Origin: Methanosarcinales archaeon
GTDB lineage: Archaea > Halobacteriota > Methanosarcinia > Methanosarcinales > Methanogasteraceae
Assembly: GCA_004211975.1 (NCBI GenBank)
Contig: RXIK01000115.1
Span: forward strand, 1-48,494
DNA: 48,494 nucleotides
Reading direction: 5' to 3'
The position numbers were made by a program, and so were the translations under genes. Shown in pieces: positions 29,735 to 39,316 of this stretch (its first letter is position 1; every line of letters begins with the position of its first letter). The notes below the pieces were generated by a model. It was not told the DNA's origin. It worked only from the letters and a program-made list of their open reading frames with translations, and ran no database searches.

Positions 29735-31972
29735 CTAATCGTCTATGTCAAACTTGATGTTAAAAGTTGTCCCGTTTTTGCTGATGACCTTCAGGGTCCC
29801 GTCTAACTGGTCTTCCGTGAGGATTTTTATCAGGCGCAAGCCAAGCGTTCCGGTTTTATCGATGTTAAACCCGGCAGGCAGTCCCACGCCATTGTCGCTT
29901 ACCGTCAGGTTGATTCTGCCTTCTTCTGATGCGGTGAGATTAACCTCGATTTTTCCTTCTTTTCTGCCGACAAAAGCATGTTTCAGGGCGTTTGAGAGCA
30001 GTTCGTTAACGATTAATCCAACGGGCACCGCCAGCGATATCGGAACGGGATAGTCAGCTATGGAAACAACCTTTGTAATCTGTGTATCAGGGACCGGATA
30101 ACTCTGGAGCAATTGCACAAGCAACTTATTCACAAAATCATTCAGGTTGATCTCTGATAAATCATCGCTTTCATATAATTGGGCGTGAATGAGCGCCATA
30201 GCATTTATCCGATTCTTGGATTCGGTGAGCACATCGATTGAGTCTTTGTTTTTAGCAGCTCTTGCCTGCATATTGAGCAGGCTTGACACAACCTGAAGAT
30301 TGTTCTTTACGCGATGGTGAATCTCCCGCAGAAGCACCACCTTTTCCGCTAAACTTGCTTTAATCTGGTCTTCCGCCTTCTTGTGCTTGGTGATATCAAG
30401 CATCATCCCAACCATGCCAATAACGACGTTATTAGAATCAACAAAAGGCGTTTTGCTTGTGGACGTCCACCTCGGTTTGCCGTCTGCCCGGGTGGTGAGT
30501 TCCTCAATATCATATATTGGTTCGCCGGATTCCATTACTTCCCGATCATGCGCCTTGTACGAGGCTGCCTGCTCATCCGGGAAAAAATCGTAATCGGTCT
30601 TACCTGCTATTTCATCCACCAAAACCCCGACCATGCCTGCAAAAGCCTCGTTTGCTGCAACATAATTACCATCCCTATCCTTAAAATAGACAAATGCCGG
30701 AATGGTTGAGAGTAAAGCCTTTTGTTCCTCGGATTTCTGCCTCAGTTTCGCCCCGGCAAGCGCCAGATCATCTTTTGCCTCGGTAACGTCAGCAAGCATG
30801 TTAGATATCGCAACCCTCTGCTGCTCACTCTCCGCGAGTAGCTCATCCAACCTCGCAGTTCTCTCCTCCACTTTATCCTCAAGACCTCTGCTATACGCCT
30901 CCAGCTCCCTTCCGGATTCTTTCAGGTTGGCAGTCATCGTATCAAACACCCTTGAGAGCTCCCCAACCTCATCACCGGTTCTGGTGCCGACTTTATAGTC
31001 GAGGTTCCCCCTCATTATCTCTTCAGTGCCGTGCTGTAATTTTACAATTGGTTTTGCTATTGTGCCTGATACTATGACGCAGATTACCGCGCCAATAAAT
31101 AACAGACCGGCAAGAACCGAAAACACCGTGGTAGTCAGTCTGGTGACCGGTGCAAACGCTTCCGCCTCCTCAATCTCTGCCACCAGACACCAGTTCATTG
31201 CAGGTATGTGTGCGTGTGCGCCCAGTACGTCCACACCACGATAATTCCGGTATAAAGCCGCTTCCGGTTCATGATTCCCTGCGGCGACAAAATGCTCAGG
31301 ATTAACGTCCGGTGTCGGGATCGTGTCATTAATAACTCTTGAAGGGGTTATTATGTAGCCGTATTCATTCAGGATGTAGATCTCACCAGTCTTCCCAAGA
31401 CCCGTTCTATCGGTCGCTATCTCAAATATTTTTCTTGCATCAAAATCCACAATAATAACCCCTGAAAACTCGCCATCCACCAAAATCGGCATTACCACAC
31501 TCACAACATCATCTCCGGTGAACACAGATGTACGGAGGTCTGTCGCAAGGATCTCTCCATCTTCTATCCTGAAAATTTCGCTCGTGTTATCATCAGACTC
31601 GGTGTCCATGTGACCGGAAGCAACCACGGTGCCATTCTTATCCAGAATTCTGATCCCTGAAATATCTTCGTGTGCTTGTATCGTATTATTTATCCGGAGA
31701 TTAGCAATCCCTATGCAATGAGTGCGATTTCTGCGTTTATCCACTATATTTCTAAAAGAAGTTCCTACTGACAGCGTTCCGGTCTCATGGTTATACGCAC
31801 CCAAAACAGTCCCGATATGGTTCGCTCTTGATTGTGCGGTGGTCTCTAAGTTGATGCTAACCTGTTCTTCGATGATACTCGTTGAAACAGTTCTGCCAAT
31901 CAGAATTGCAGCCATGCCGGTAATCAACACAAGCGAAAGCATAACAACAAGAAACTTTGTTCGGATGTTCAT
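29735..31972 (-). CDS. Membrane sensor histidine kinase TM-Cache-TM-HAMP-PAS-HisKA_2-HATPase
   Basis: Two TM helices. Motifs [55 protein letters not shown]. Confidence 0.92.
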   Translation of the reverse strand: MNIRTKFLVVMLSLVLITGMAAILIGRTVSTSIIEEQVSINLETTAQSRANHIGTVLGAYNHETGTLSVGTSFRNIVDKRRNRTHCIGIANLRINNTIQAHEDISGIRILDKNGTVVASGHMDTESDDNTSEIFRIEDGEILATDLRTSVFTGDDVVSVVMPILVDGEFSGVIIVDFDARKIFEIATDRTGLGKTGEIYILNEYGYIITPSRVINDTIPTPDVNPEHFVAAGNHEPEAALYRNYRGVDVLGAHAHIPAMNWCLVAEIEEAEAFAPVTRLTTTVFSVLAGLLFIGAVICVIVSGTIAKPIVKLQHGTEEIMRGNLDYKVGTRTGDEVGELSRVFDTMTANLKESGRELEAYSRGLEDKVEERTARLDELLAESEQQRVAISNMLADVTEAKDDLALAGAKLRQKSEEQKALLSTIPAFVYFKDRDGNYVAANEAFAGMVGVLVDEIAGKTDYDFFPDEQAASYKAHDREVMESGEPIYDIEELTTRADGKPRWTSTSKTPFVDSNNVVIGMVGMMLDITKHKKAEDQIKASLAEKVVLLREIHHRVKNNLQVVSSLLNMQARAAKNKDSIDVLTESKNRINAMALIHAQLYESDDLSEINLNDFVNKLLVQLLQSYPVPDTQITKVVSIADYPVPISLAVPVGLIVNELLSNALKHAFVGRKEGKIEVNLTASEEGRINLTVSDNGVGLPAGFNIDKTGTLGLRLIKILTEDQLDGTLKVISKNGTTFNIKFDIDD

Positions 31973-32017
31973 TTCACCCCTCTTCTACCCTTTCTCTTTC
32001 GTTCATCTCTCTATTAA

Positions 32018-32345
32018 CTATTCGGGTATCTTATAGCGAGGTTCCTTCCCCATCCCCTGAAGTAAGTCGTTTATTTTCTTTTTTAATTCCACCATTTTTA
32101 GCTCCCGGTCCACCGCCATTTCGTTAAATCTTTTTAGTTCCCCTATTTTCCTTTCGAGTGCCTCCTGCGCCCTCTTGCGTTCGGTGATGTCATGGAATAT
32201 CTCCAGCTTTGATATGCTGCCATCCGGGTTCTTCAGGGGAGTATCAACGAGATCATACGTCCTCTGATTTTTGGGGGAATGCCATTCCCAACGAACGGTT
32301 TCTCCCGCGAAAACCTCCGGATTCGTGCACCATGGGCAGGCACCA
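32018..32345 (-). pseudogene. 5'-truncated PAS-domain protein with a coiled-coil tail
   Basis: Open frame CPWCTNPEVFAGETVRWEW...YDLVDTPLKNPDGSISKLEIFHDITERK...RELKMVELKKKIN...IPE*. No start codon; the frame runs back into the rnpB 3' end. Confidence 0.75.
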
Positions 32346-32377
32346 TTCCATTTTGTGTTGGTGCCAGTCGGTGGGGT

Positions 32378-32689
32378 TTGAGTGAGGAGAGTAAGCCCCC
32401 TTCTGTTCTTAGCAGCATTCGACTAAAGCGCCATTACCAGGGAAATACAGCCGGACGCTGCCAGCAATTTCTCGCTGTTCCCATGCAGGCTTGCACCCAT
32501 GGGGTTTCACCGTTTCATCCACAATATGTGACCTCAGCCTTCCGGCATCACAGCATTGCCATATCGCGGTATCGTTTCTGTGTCAGAGCCAGAACTCTCG
32601 CCCTACGCCATTTCGGCGTCCATGTGTCCGGTGGTGGAGGGACTTTCCTCACGACACGAATGTCGCGGCGGCTGCTCTTCCTCTCTCAA
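32378..32689 (-). ncRNA. rnpB: RNase P RNA, archaeal type A
   Basis: P1 TTGAGAGAGGAAGAG/CTCTCCTCACTCAA. CR-I GAGGAAAGTCC, ACAGAAA, GGATGAAACGG, GGTGCAAG, CR-V ACAGAAGGGGGCTTA. P8 ACGCC-GAAAT-GGCGT and P9 are present. P6 pseudoknot CCGGAC/GTCCGG. Confidence 0.93.
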
Positions 32690-32772
32690 GCCATGGAATT
32701 ATCCTCAGGTGTTATTATGTCTTTGGATGATTTTTCGGGGTCAGCTTCTCTGACATCATGACTTCATTTGGG

Positions 32773-32825
32773 CAGTTGTGCTTCATACGACAAACCTGGG
32801 TTACCAGAAAATAATAAAAGGTCCC
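32773..32825. mobile_element. Degenerate right end of MITE family A
   Basis: CAGTTGTGCTT...CTGGGTTACCAGAAAATAATAAAAGGTCCC resembles the right ends at 22959 and 48351. Confidence 0.6.
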
Positions 32826-32887
32826 CGATTGTTTGTACCATGCATATCCTGCAAGAACTGCCGGAATTGTCTTTGCCAGGCGAACCA

Positions 32888-33649
32888 TTATTTTTCAGCA
32901 ATAACCAGCATTTCAAAATCCTCAGTTGTAAGTTTATTGTTCCTTGAGAAGGCTCCGATTTTTGCTCCATAGATATCGATCTTTTTAAAGCCCAGCATTT
33001 TTAATAACCATGTAATTTCAGATGGTGCATAATATCTTTCATCACATTCCAATTCCTTCTTATTCCCAAAATCATCTTCTACTGTGGTGATATTGTGATC
33101 TCGGAACGTCATTAAATCAAAAGTATTACTTCTATAGGTCGCATTCCCTGCTTCTGTTGTTGATGCGCAAACCTCTTCAACCAAATGATACAGTGGGAAT
33201 AACCCATTTAGTGTTGTGAAAATCAGTTTGCCATGATCATTTAATGATTTTGTAACATTTATTAGTATTTCATAGTTCATTTCATCTGTTTCCATCAAAG
33301 GAAATGCCCCTTCGCAAAGCATTATTGCCAGATCAAATTCATTCTTAAATGGTAAATCCCTTGCATCATGTTTCTGGAAATCTATTCGCAGGTTTTGAGC
33401 TTTTGCTTTTGTTTTTGCTCGCTCCAATTGTGATTCTGACAAATCAATTCCTGTAACCCTGTAACCTCTTTTTGCCAGTTCAATCGAATGTCTACCGGTA
33501 CCACATCCAACATCAATTATTTTCAGCGATTCATCATAATTAATTTCTTTTCCGATAAAATCACACTCGCCAATTGTGCCATGCGTAAAACTTTCATCAT
33601 CATATTTTTTACCGTAGTCTTCAAACAGTGTTTCATACCATTGTTTCAT
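32888..33649 (-). CDS. Class I SAM-dependent methyltransferase
   Basis: Motif I IIDVGCGTGRH, TGIDLS, DARDLPF. AT-rich. ATGA overlap with tgtA. Confidence 0.9.
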   Translation of the reverse strand: MKQWYETLFEDYGKKYDDESFTHGTIGECDFIGKEINYDESLKIIDVGCGTGRHSIELAKRGYRVTGIDLSESQLERAKTKAKAQNLRIDFQKHDARDLPFKNEFDLAIMLCEGAFPLMETDEMNYEILINVTKSLNDHGKLIFTTLNGLFPLYHLVEEVCASTTEAGNATYRSNTFDLMTFRDHNITTVEDDFGNKKELECDERYYAPSEITWLLKMLGFKKIDIYGAKIGAFSRNNKLTTEDFEMLVIAEK

Positions 33650-35121
33650 TCTATTTCTCCATGCTCCGGGGTCGCTCTTTCACACAACATCATGATATCA
33701 GCAATCAGCGGGTGCTCCCACTCGCAGACAAACGTGAACCGTGCATCCGGATTGAGCTTGATCAGGCGAAGCACGTTTCCAAGCGCAACAAAAGCCGCCT
33801 CCCAGTCCGGTTCTGACCGCTCTGGCACCTCTGCATTAAACGGATATGTCTCGCTAAGCTCAACCGGATACGCGCCAAACGGTGCTTTCAGGTTGAGCAC
33901 ATGGTCAAACACATCTTCCCCGCGGGTTTTTCGTGTGCGGATGAGCACCGTTCCGTGCAAGTCGAATCGGTCAAGTCGATCTCCAAATCGCAGAACCTCT
34001 GCACGGCGTGCGGATTCGCTTCCGCAGTAGAAGAACGTTGATTTCCGGATCGGATCAAACCGCTCAATCCAGTCCGCGTGGCTGACCGCACGCTTGAGTC
34101 CATCAAGCAACCTTGGATGCGCCCTGCACCTGCGTTCAACAAGCTCCCAGAGGTTTCCTTCAATGATGCATTGTTTTATCAGGTTGATTTCCGCAAAAGT
34201 CGCATAAAGATTGTGTTTTGCAAGTGAGATGTAGTTTTCACTTCGAACTTCCTCTTTTAATTCATCTGCGGTGTATGCTGTGCACACCGGGCATGAGCAC
34301 GGGAGATGCTGGAGATCGCTCAGATGATATGTCCCGTCAGTAGTGAAATACCGCCCGTCCTTAGCATAGAGTGCGTAAGCAGCCGAATCAAAGAGATCGC
34401 ACCCGAGTGCAACCGCAAGCGCAAACATCGCGGGGTGTCCTGCACCAAAGAGATGAACCGGTGCTGCCGGAGAAAGCCCCTTCTTTGATGCGACGATCAC
34501 GTCCACCATCTCCGCAAACCTGTAATTCGCAAGCAGCGGCACAACCGCACCAATCGGGTAGACATCAAAACCAACCCCTGAAAGCGTGCGTGCACACTCA
34601 TTCCGTAAATCAGAGTAAGTTGCTCCCTGCACAGGTCCTGCAAGAAGCATAGAACTCTTCGCCATCCCACGCGCATCCTTGCACCGTTCAATCGTTGTTC
34701 TCATCTCGGATTCTGCCTGTTCGTGCGATACGTCTGGCGGCGTCGGGATATCAAGCGGCACACCAATGTCTGAGCCGATGTCCTGCTGAAACCGGACAAT
34801 TTCATTAGAGGTGATCTCAATATCATGATACACCGAGAGCTGGTACGACCCGGAATCGGTCATGACCGCACCACCAAAATTAATCAGGGAATGCACACCA
34901 TTCTCAATTGCATGCGCCCTTAATTCGGGGTTACGGTATATGATGTATGCGTTGGTGATAACAATCTCTGCTCCGAATTTCGCAAGTTCAGGTGCATCCA
35001 CCATCGATATATTCGGATTAATCACGGGCATAACGGTCGGAGTCTCAATTCTCCCGTGGCTGGTGTAGAGCCTGCCGATTCTGCCGGCTGAGTCCTTATG
35101 CGCAATTTCGAAGCAAGACAT
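33646..35121 (-). CDS. tgtA: Archaeal tRNA-guanine(15) transglycosylase
   Basis: Motifs ETPTVMPVINP, MTDSGSYQL, LDIPT, PVQG, HLFGAGHP, DLFDSAAY, Zn motif CSCPVC. Start taken at MSCFEI. Confidence 0.93.
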   Translation of the reverse strand: MSCFEIAHKDSAGRIGRLYTSHGRIETPTVMPVINPNISMVDAPELAKFGAEIVITNAYIIYRNPELRAHAIENGVHSLINFGGAVMTDSGSYQLSVYHDIEITSNEIVRFQQDIGSDIGVPLDIPTPPDVSHEQAESEMRTTIERCKDARGMAKSSMLLAGPVQGATYSDLRNECARTLSGVGFDVYPIGAVVPLLANYRFAEMVDVIVASKKGLSPAAPVHLFGAGHPAMFALAVALGCDLFDSAAYALYAKDGRYFTTDGTYHLSDLQHLPCSCPVCTAYTADELKEEVRSENYISLAKHNLYATFAEINLIKQCIIEGNLWELVERRCRAHPRLLDGLKRAVSHADWIERFDPIRKSTFFYCGSESARRAEVLRFGDRLDRFDLHGTVLIRTRKTRGEDVFDHVLNLKAPFGAYPVELSETYPFNAEVPERSEPDWEAAFVALGNVLRLIKLNPDARFTFVCEWEHPLIADIMMLCERATPEHGEIE

Positions 35122-35570
35122 AACGACACGCTTTGTCGGGTGGCATCTATAGTCTTTCTGCTCTTTCATCCCATGTTCTCCAGCATCACCCCTCAAATTC
35201 ACTGTTTTCACCCCATAAATAATTGGGACCAGTATCAATTTAGGGCACTGGGGATCCAACCGAAAAACCCAGTAACACTAACCGGGATCCAGGATGCCCA
35301 ATAGCACACGTTCCAAACCGGCACCTATGAGATTATCTGCCAGATAGCATTCACCATAATTTCCAGATTTTTATGGTATATACACTATAACCCCAGACCC
35401 CCCTACATACTCCTTTTTACCAAGACCAACTATACATACGCCCGGTGTACCTTGACATCCCCTCACCCAAAATCTACCTCATTACATTTCTCCTCTGCAT
35501 CCTTGCAGATACCCCTCTCACCGCCCGACACATTTTTGAGGACAATAGCAACTGGGGTGCGTTTTGCATA

Positions 35571-35740
35571 GGGCTTGCCAGAAAACAATCTGTTAAAATT
35601 CGTGGCATTCGGCACATTCGTGAAATTCGTGATAAAATCAGCATAAAGGATCACGAACGGCACGAATGAACGAATCGCACGAATGTCGGGGATGTAGCGT
35701 GACATCAGCCAACTTTGCTACTTTATTTTTCGGTAAGCAC
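35571..35740 (+). mobile_element. MITE family B, copy 1 (170 bp), inserted in the IS91-like transposase
   Basis: Ends GGGCTTGCCAGAAAA / TTTTTCGGTAAGCAC (11/15 inverted match). 3-bp TSD ATA. Removing the element plus one ATA restores the frame ...GAFCI-VEKDHL. Confidence 0.88.
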
Positions 35741-36014
35741 ATAGTGGAAAAGGACCATCTCAGAGACGTTGAGATTAGTGAAGTTAACAAGATGCTCTCC
35801 TGCAAGGATGAGAGTCGCGGCTTTTTCACATACCTGTGTGAACGTTGTGGAACCATGTTAAGGGTTCATTTTGGATGTAACCGCCGTATCTGCTCGAATT
35901 GTGGCAAAAACCACACAGACAAATGGGTAAAATCTCTCCAAAACGCGTTATTCAACGTACCGCATCGACACGCAGTACTTACAATCCCGAGCGCTCTGTG
36001 GCAATCGTAAAAAA

Positions 36015-36062
36015 CGATTTTTTCACAAAAAATCGAGTAAAAACTGCCCTCTGGGCGGGGCT
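36015..36062 (+). repeat. 48-bp two-hairpin dispersed repeat, copy 2, inside the IS91-like transposase
   Basis: CGATTTTTT-CAC-AAAAAATCG AGT AAAAACT GCCC-TCT-GGGC GGGGCT. Part of an ~77-bp interruption bounded by GTAAAA at 36007 and 36084. Confidence 0.65.
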
Positions 36063-36934
36063 GGCGATATATTTTTCGTAAGTGTAAAACAACCGTTTCC
36101 TCCGGAAAGTCTTGATGGATGCTGCGATTGTAGCAATCAACAATACGATCTTGTACAGGCACAGAGGCGGGAGATTGGTGGCAGGTGCCATTGTTGTGTT
36201 GCACCCATTTGCAAAGATTATGGGGTTCAACCCTCACCTCCATATACTTGTGACAGAAGGTGGATTTGACAAACAGGACAATTTTATCCATCAAAAGTAC
36301 ATTTCTTTCAGTGCTATGTGAAAAACATGGCAGTATCAGGTGCTTACCAGCTTCAAAGCAGCACTTCCAAAAGAAGCTGTATATTCGGTGCTCATAGACC
36401 AGCTTTTCAAGAGATATCGCAAGGGCTTTTACGTATATCTACCAAAAGAAGCCAGAATCACGAACAAAAAAGGATAGTAAAGTATGTGGCCAGATATATC
36501 AGACACCCAGCTGTTGCAAACACACAATTGAACCAATATGATGGAAAAACGGTCACATTCTGGTACGGAGACCATGGTGGCACGAGACACTTTGTGCCAA
36601 TAACGGTGCGAGAGTTCATCCAAGCACTGATCCAGCATATTCCAGATCGGAATTTTAAAATGATACGGTGTTACGGTGCATACAGCCGCAGAATCAAAGG
36701 AAAATGAGGTTTTCGGATGAAAATTACCTGATTGGAACCACCCGATGCTTAGCCAGAGCTACAACTGATTTGCGCCAGCCGGATGCTTTCTTGTTGCGAT
36801 TATAGGTGTCATGGCAATAAAGATAACCGCGGGGGACGTGAAAGGTTTGAAGATGGGGATATTCACCTCCGCGTCTCTCTCTCTCACACTCCGCGGTTAA
36901 AGTCTCTGTTCGGTGATCTTCGAAAAGCCTCTTT

Positions 36935-37855
36935 TCACGCGTAACCAACCGATAGAAAGACGGATGTGTTGTTGGCGGGTGGTGTTGGTCGGATTCTCTG
37001 GTATTCTTTGAGGTTTTTTGGTAGTTCGTAGCGGGAGAATGTGTCTAGCAGTCGTCGGAGTCCTTTTTCGTAGATGCGGTAGGATATCTTTGTCCCGGTG
37101 GGTGTAGCCTTTGCCAGATGGTTGAAGATCACGTCTTTTGGTTCTGCCTGGGCAGCCACCATTATTAGGTCGGTTGGTTCTTTGATTGGTAGTGTCAGAT
37201 GGTTTCCTTTGATTATCTTGATTTGATCGGAAAGCCCGAGTCGTTCAATCACTCTTCTTGAGAGTTCTACTCTGTCTGGCTCCTGCTCAATTCCGATTCC
37301 TTTGAGCCCGTGTTCGCGGCAGAGGACGATTAGGCTGAGTGGTAGTGGTCCGCTTCCAAGGAATAGAACCGTGTCGCCTGCTTTTAGCCTGGCGCCTCGA
37401 AACTCGGTTCTGGCAAGCTCTATATAATTTTGGAAGTATGCGAAGTTTTTGAGCGATTGCCACGGGTCACTGCTCTTTAGTATGGCGTTTGCCTGTTCGA
37501 TCTCCAGTTCCGCGGTGTAGTGACTTCTGAACCCGGTGATTGCGTCAAATGCAGAATTAAACCCGGAACTGGACAGAATCGCCTTTGCGGTTGTGTCGTC
37601 TACATCCAGCGCAATCACCTGGTCCAGTCTTTGAAAAAGGGTCTTTGGATGGTTTGATGGGTTGTAATATAGCTCCTTGCGATCAAAATCCACGACCCTC
37701 GAATAAATATCCATAATCTCTCCCGCTATCGTGTCTGCACAGGAATCATGGGAGGTGCCAAGGCCGGGTATGATCTTTTCATGAATATCGGAACTATGGG
37801 TGAAAGCGGTCGGTTTGCTTGTGTAAAGTTGGGTTGTACAGGTCATATTTATCAC
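36935..37855 (-). CDS. Nicotianamine synthase-like aminocarboxypropyl transferase
   Basis: Motifs ELEIEQA, FAYFQNYIELARTE, LFLGSGPLPLS, YEKGLRRLL, NNTSVF, as in the NAS/CntL family. Confidence 0.8.
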   Translation of the reverse strand: MINMTCTTQLYTSKPTAFTHSSDIHEKIIPGLGTSHDSCADTIAGEIMDIYSRVVDFDRKELYYNPSNHPKTLFQRLDQVIALDVDDTTAKAILSSSGFNSAFDAITGFRSHYTAELEIEQANAILKSSDPWQSLKNFAYFQNYIELARTEFRGARLKAGDTVLFLGSGPLPLSLIVLCREHGLKGIGIEQEPDRVELSRRVIERLGLSDQIKIIKGNHLTLPIKEPTDLIMVAAQAEPKDVIFNHLAKATPTGTKISYRIYEKGLRRLLDTFSRYELPKNLKEYQRIRPTPPANNTSVFLSVGYA

Positions 37856-38074
37856 AATACAGATGTAAGTCAGGTCTGATACTTAAAAGCTCTGATGTGC
37901 ATGGGTTAATTTAAGATCAAAGTTCAATCATCACGCAAAATTTCTGACGATCCCCGGATATGTGGGATTAAGTATTATCTTTATTGGTTTCGTGATATTC
38001 TGGCGTTGTGTTGGCTCCGGACTACCGGTCTCCGGGCGATACTGGTATTTCTCGCGCGGCGCGTCAGCAAATGG

Positions 38075-38135
38075 TTATATATGAGTTATGAGCACTGTCA
38101 TGTATCGAGATAACACCAGTATATATCTCGTACAT
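38075..38135 (+). promoter_or_regulatory. TATA box and overlapping imperfect inverted repeat upstream of the Ni/Co ECF operon
   Basis: TTATATAT at 38075. ATGTA(T)CGAGATA-N11-TATCTCGTACAT at 38100-38135. Confidence 0.45.
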
Positions 38136-38161
38136 ACAAGACAACATAGGAGATAACATAC

Positions 38162-39190
38162 ATGAACAAGAACATAACAATAATGACGCTTGCCGCGATC
38201 CTTTTGATAGGGTCCGCTGGCATGGCGTGTGCGCATTTCACGATGGTCTTTCCGAGCGACAGTGAGGCTACCGTGTGGGATGTGACACCTGAGGACTACA
38301 TAGCAACGATGGGCGAGACAAAGACCGTGTATATGATGTGGGGACACCCCTACGAGCATATACTCTTTAGCATGGCGTCTGCGCCTGAGGTCTCTGTCAT
38401 GAAGCCTGACGGAACCATCGAGCCGCTCACACCGACAGAAATCACGGTCAGCGGACAGGGCGAGGACGGAAATCCTGGAGATTTTAAGGGTTACAAAGCA
38501 TCGTTCACCGTTGATCAGCCTGGCGATTCTGTTGTCTTCGTGAAATACGAGGATGATGGCGAGAATTTGATTGACTACACCAAGGCAGTGATCCACTGCG
38601 GTGAAGAGGCATGGGTTGGCTGGGATTCCGAAGTAGAGCAGCAGACCGAGGTCATTCCATACATGCGACCTTACGGGATGGAGGCTGGTTTTGTCTTTGG
38701 CGGAAAGGCACTTTACAATGGTGAGGCTCTCGCAGGCGCACCTGTAGAAATCGAGATATACCACACACTTGATCTTGGTAATGAGATCGTGGGGCTCGCA
38801 GAGGAGATGTTCGAATACGACCCTCCAATGGTATTCACACGACTCACCAAGTCCAACGACAACGGCGAATTTGTGTACACGCTCGATGAGCCCGGAATAT
38901 GGTTTGTTGGCGCAACAATGGAACCGGAAAGTGAGTCCGAGCGAAACGTGAGAGGCGTCTTCATCGTCCCGATACTTGAGCCGTTCCCACCAGTGGAAGC
39001 ATCTTCAGGAACATCCATATCATCTTCAGAACTGACAAAGGCAGTAGATGATGCAAAGGCAGCAGCAGCCGAGGCAAAAACGGCGGCAGAGCGTGCAGCA
39101 TCATCTGCAACATCTTCGCCAGGATTTGGAGCGATCTTTGTAGCAGTCGGGCTGCTTGCAGCGATTGCACTTTTGATGCGGCGGAAGTAA
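38162..39190 (+). CDS. DUF4198 (NikK-like) extracytoplasmic Ni/Co uptake component with PGF-CTERM
   Basis: Signal peptide then A|HFTMVFP. Motifs WGHPYE, DYTKAV, EVIPYMRPYG, NGEFVYT..EPGIW. Ends SPGFG, TM helix, RRK. Confidence 0.8.
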   Translation: MNKNITIMTLAAILLIGSAGMACAHFTMVFPSDSEATVWDVTPEDYIATMGETKTVYMMWGHPYEHILFSMASAPEVSVMKPDGTIEPLTPTEITVSGQGEDGNPGDFKGYKASFTVDQPGDSVVFVKYEDDGENLIDYTKAVIHCGEEAWVGWDSEVEQQTEVIPYMRPYGMEAGFVFGGKALYNGEALAGAPVEIEIYHTLDLGNEIVGLAEEMFEYDPPMVFTRLTKSNDNGEFVYTLDEPGIWFVGATMEPESESERNVRGVFIVPILEPFPPVEASSGTSISSSELTKAVDDAKAAAAEAKTAAERAASSATSSPGFGAIFVAVGLLAAIALLMRRK

Positions 39191-39222
39191 CGAGACTGTA
39201 ACCGATAAACCGGGTGGATCAA

Positions 39223-39242
39223 CAGGGGTTTTAGAACCCCTG
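39223..39242 (+). terminator. Stem-loop after the nikK-like gene (terminator or mRNA stabiliser)
   Basis: CAGGGGTT-TTAG-AACCCCTG. Confidence 0.35.
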
Positions 39243-39316
39243 CCACTCATTTATAATGGTGAACTATATAGTTGGTCCGTTGAAATATGTTCCATGGTGG
39301 TGTTGAAGTGAAACCA

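Larger units (their letters stand above)
35502..36707 (+). pseudogene. Degraded IS91-family (HUH/Y2) transposase
   Basis: Zn domain CERCG...GCNRRICSNCG, HRHAVLTIP, HUH motif FNPHLHILVTEGG, KYVARYIRHP, FKMIRCYGAYS. Broken by two insertions, a stop and frameshifts. Confidence 0.85.

Noticed and set aside
23717-32378. Integrative element using rnpB as attachment site
   Set aside because: No integrase and no duplicated rnpB 3' sequence at the cmk-side boundary.
32279-32761. 160-aa plus-strand ORF and smaller overlapping ORFs
   Set aside because: They are antisense to rnpB and the PAS remnant, with no protein motifs.
35122-35259. 46-aa N-terminal extension of TgtA in the ORF track
   Set aside because: Family similarity begins at MSCFEI, so the upstream TTG start is probably spurious. 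The same applies to the extended starts of rpoL, ahaI and wtpA.
35598-35684. Short repeats resembling a mini-CRISPR
   Set aside because: Units are 5-7 bp with 2-4 nt spacers and form a hairpin. There are no 25-40 bp repeats with unique spacers and no cas genes.
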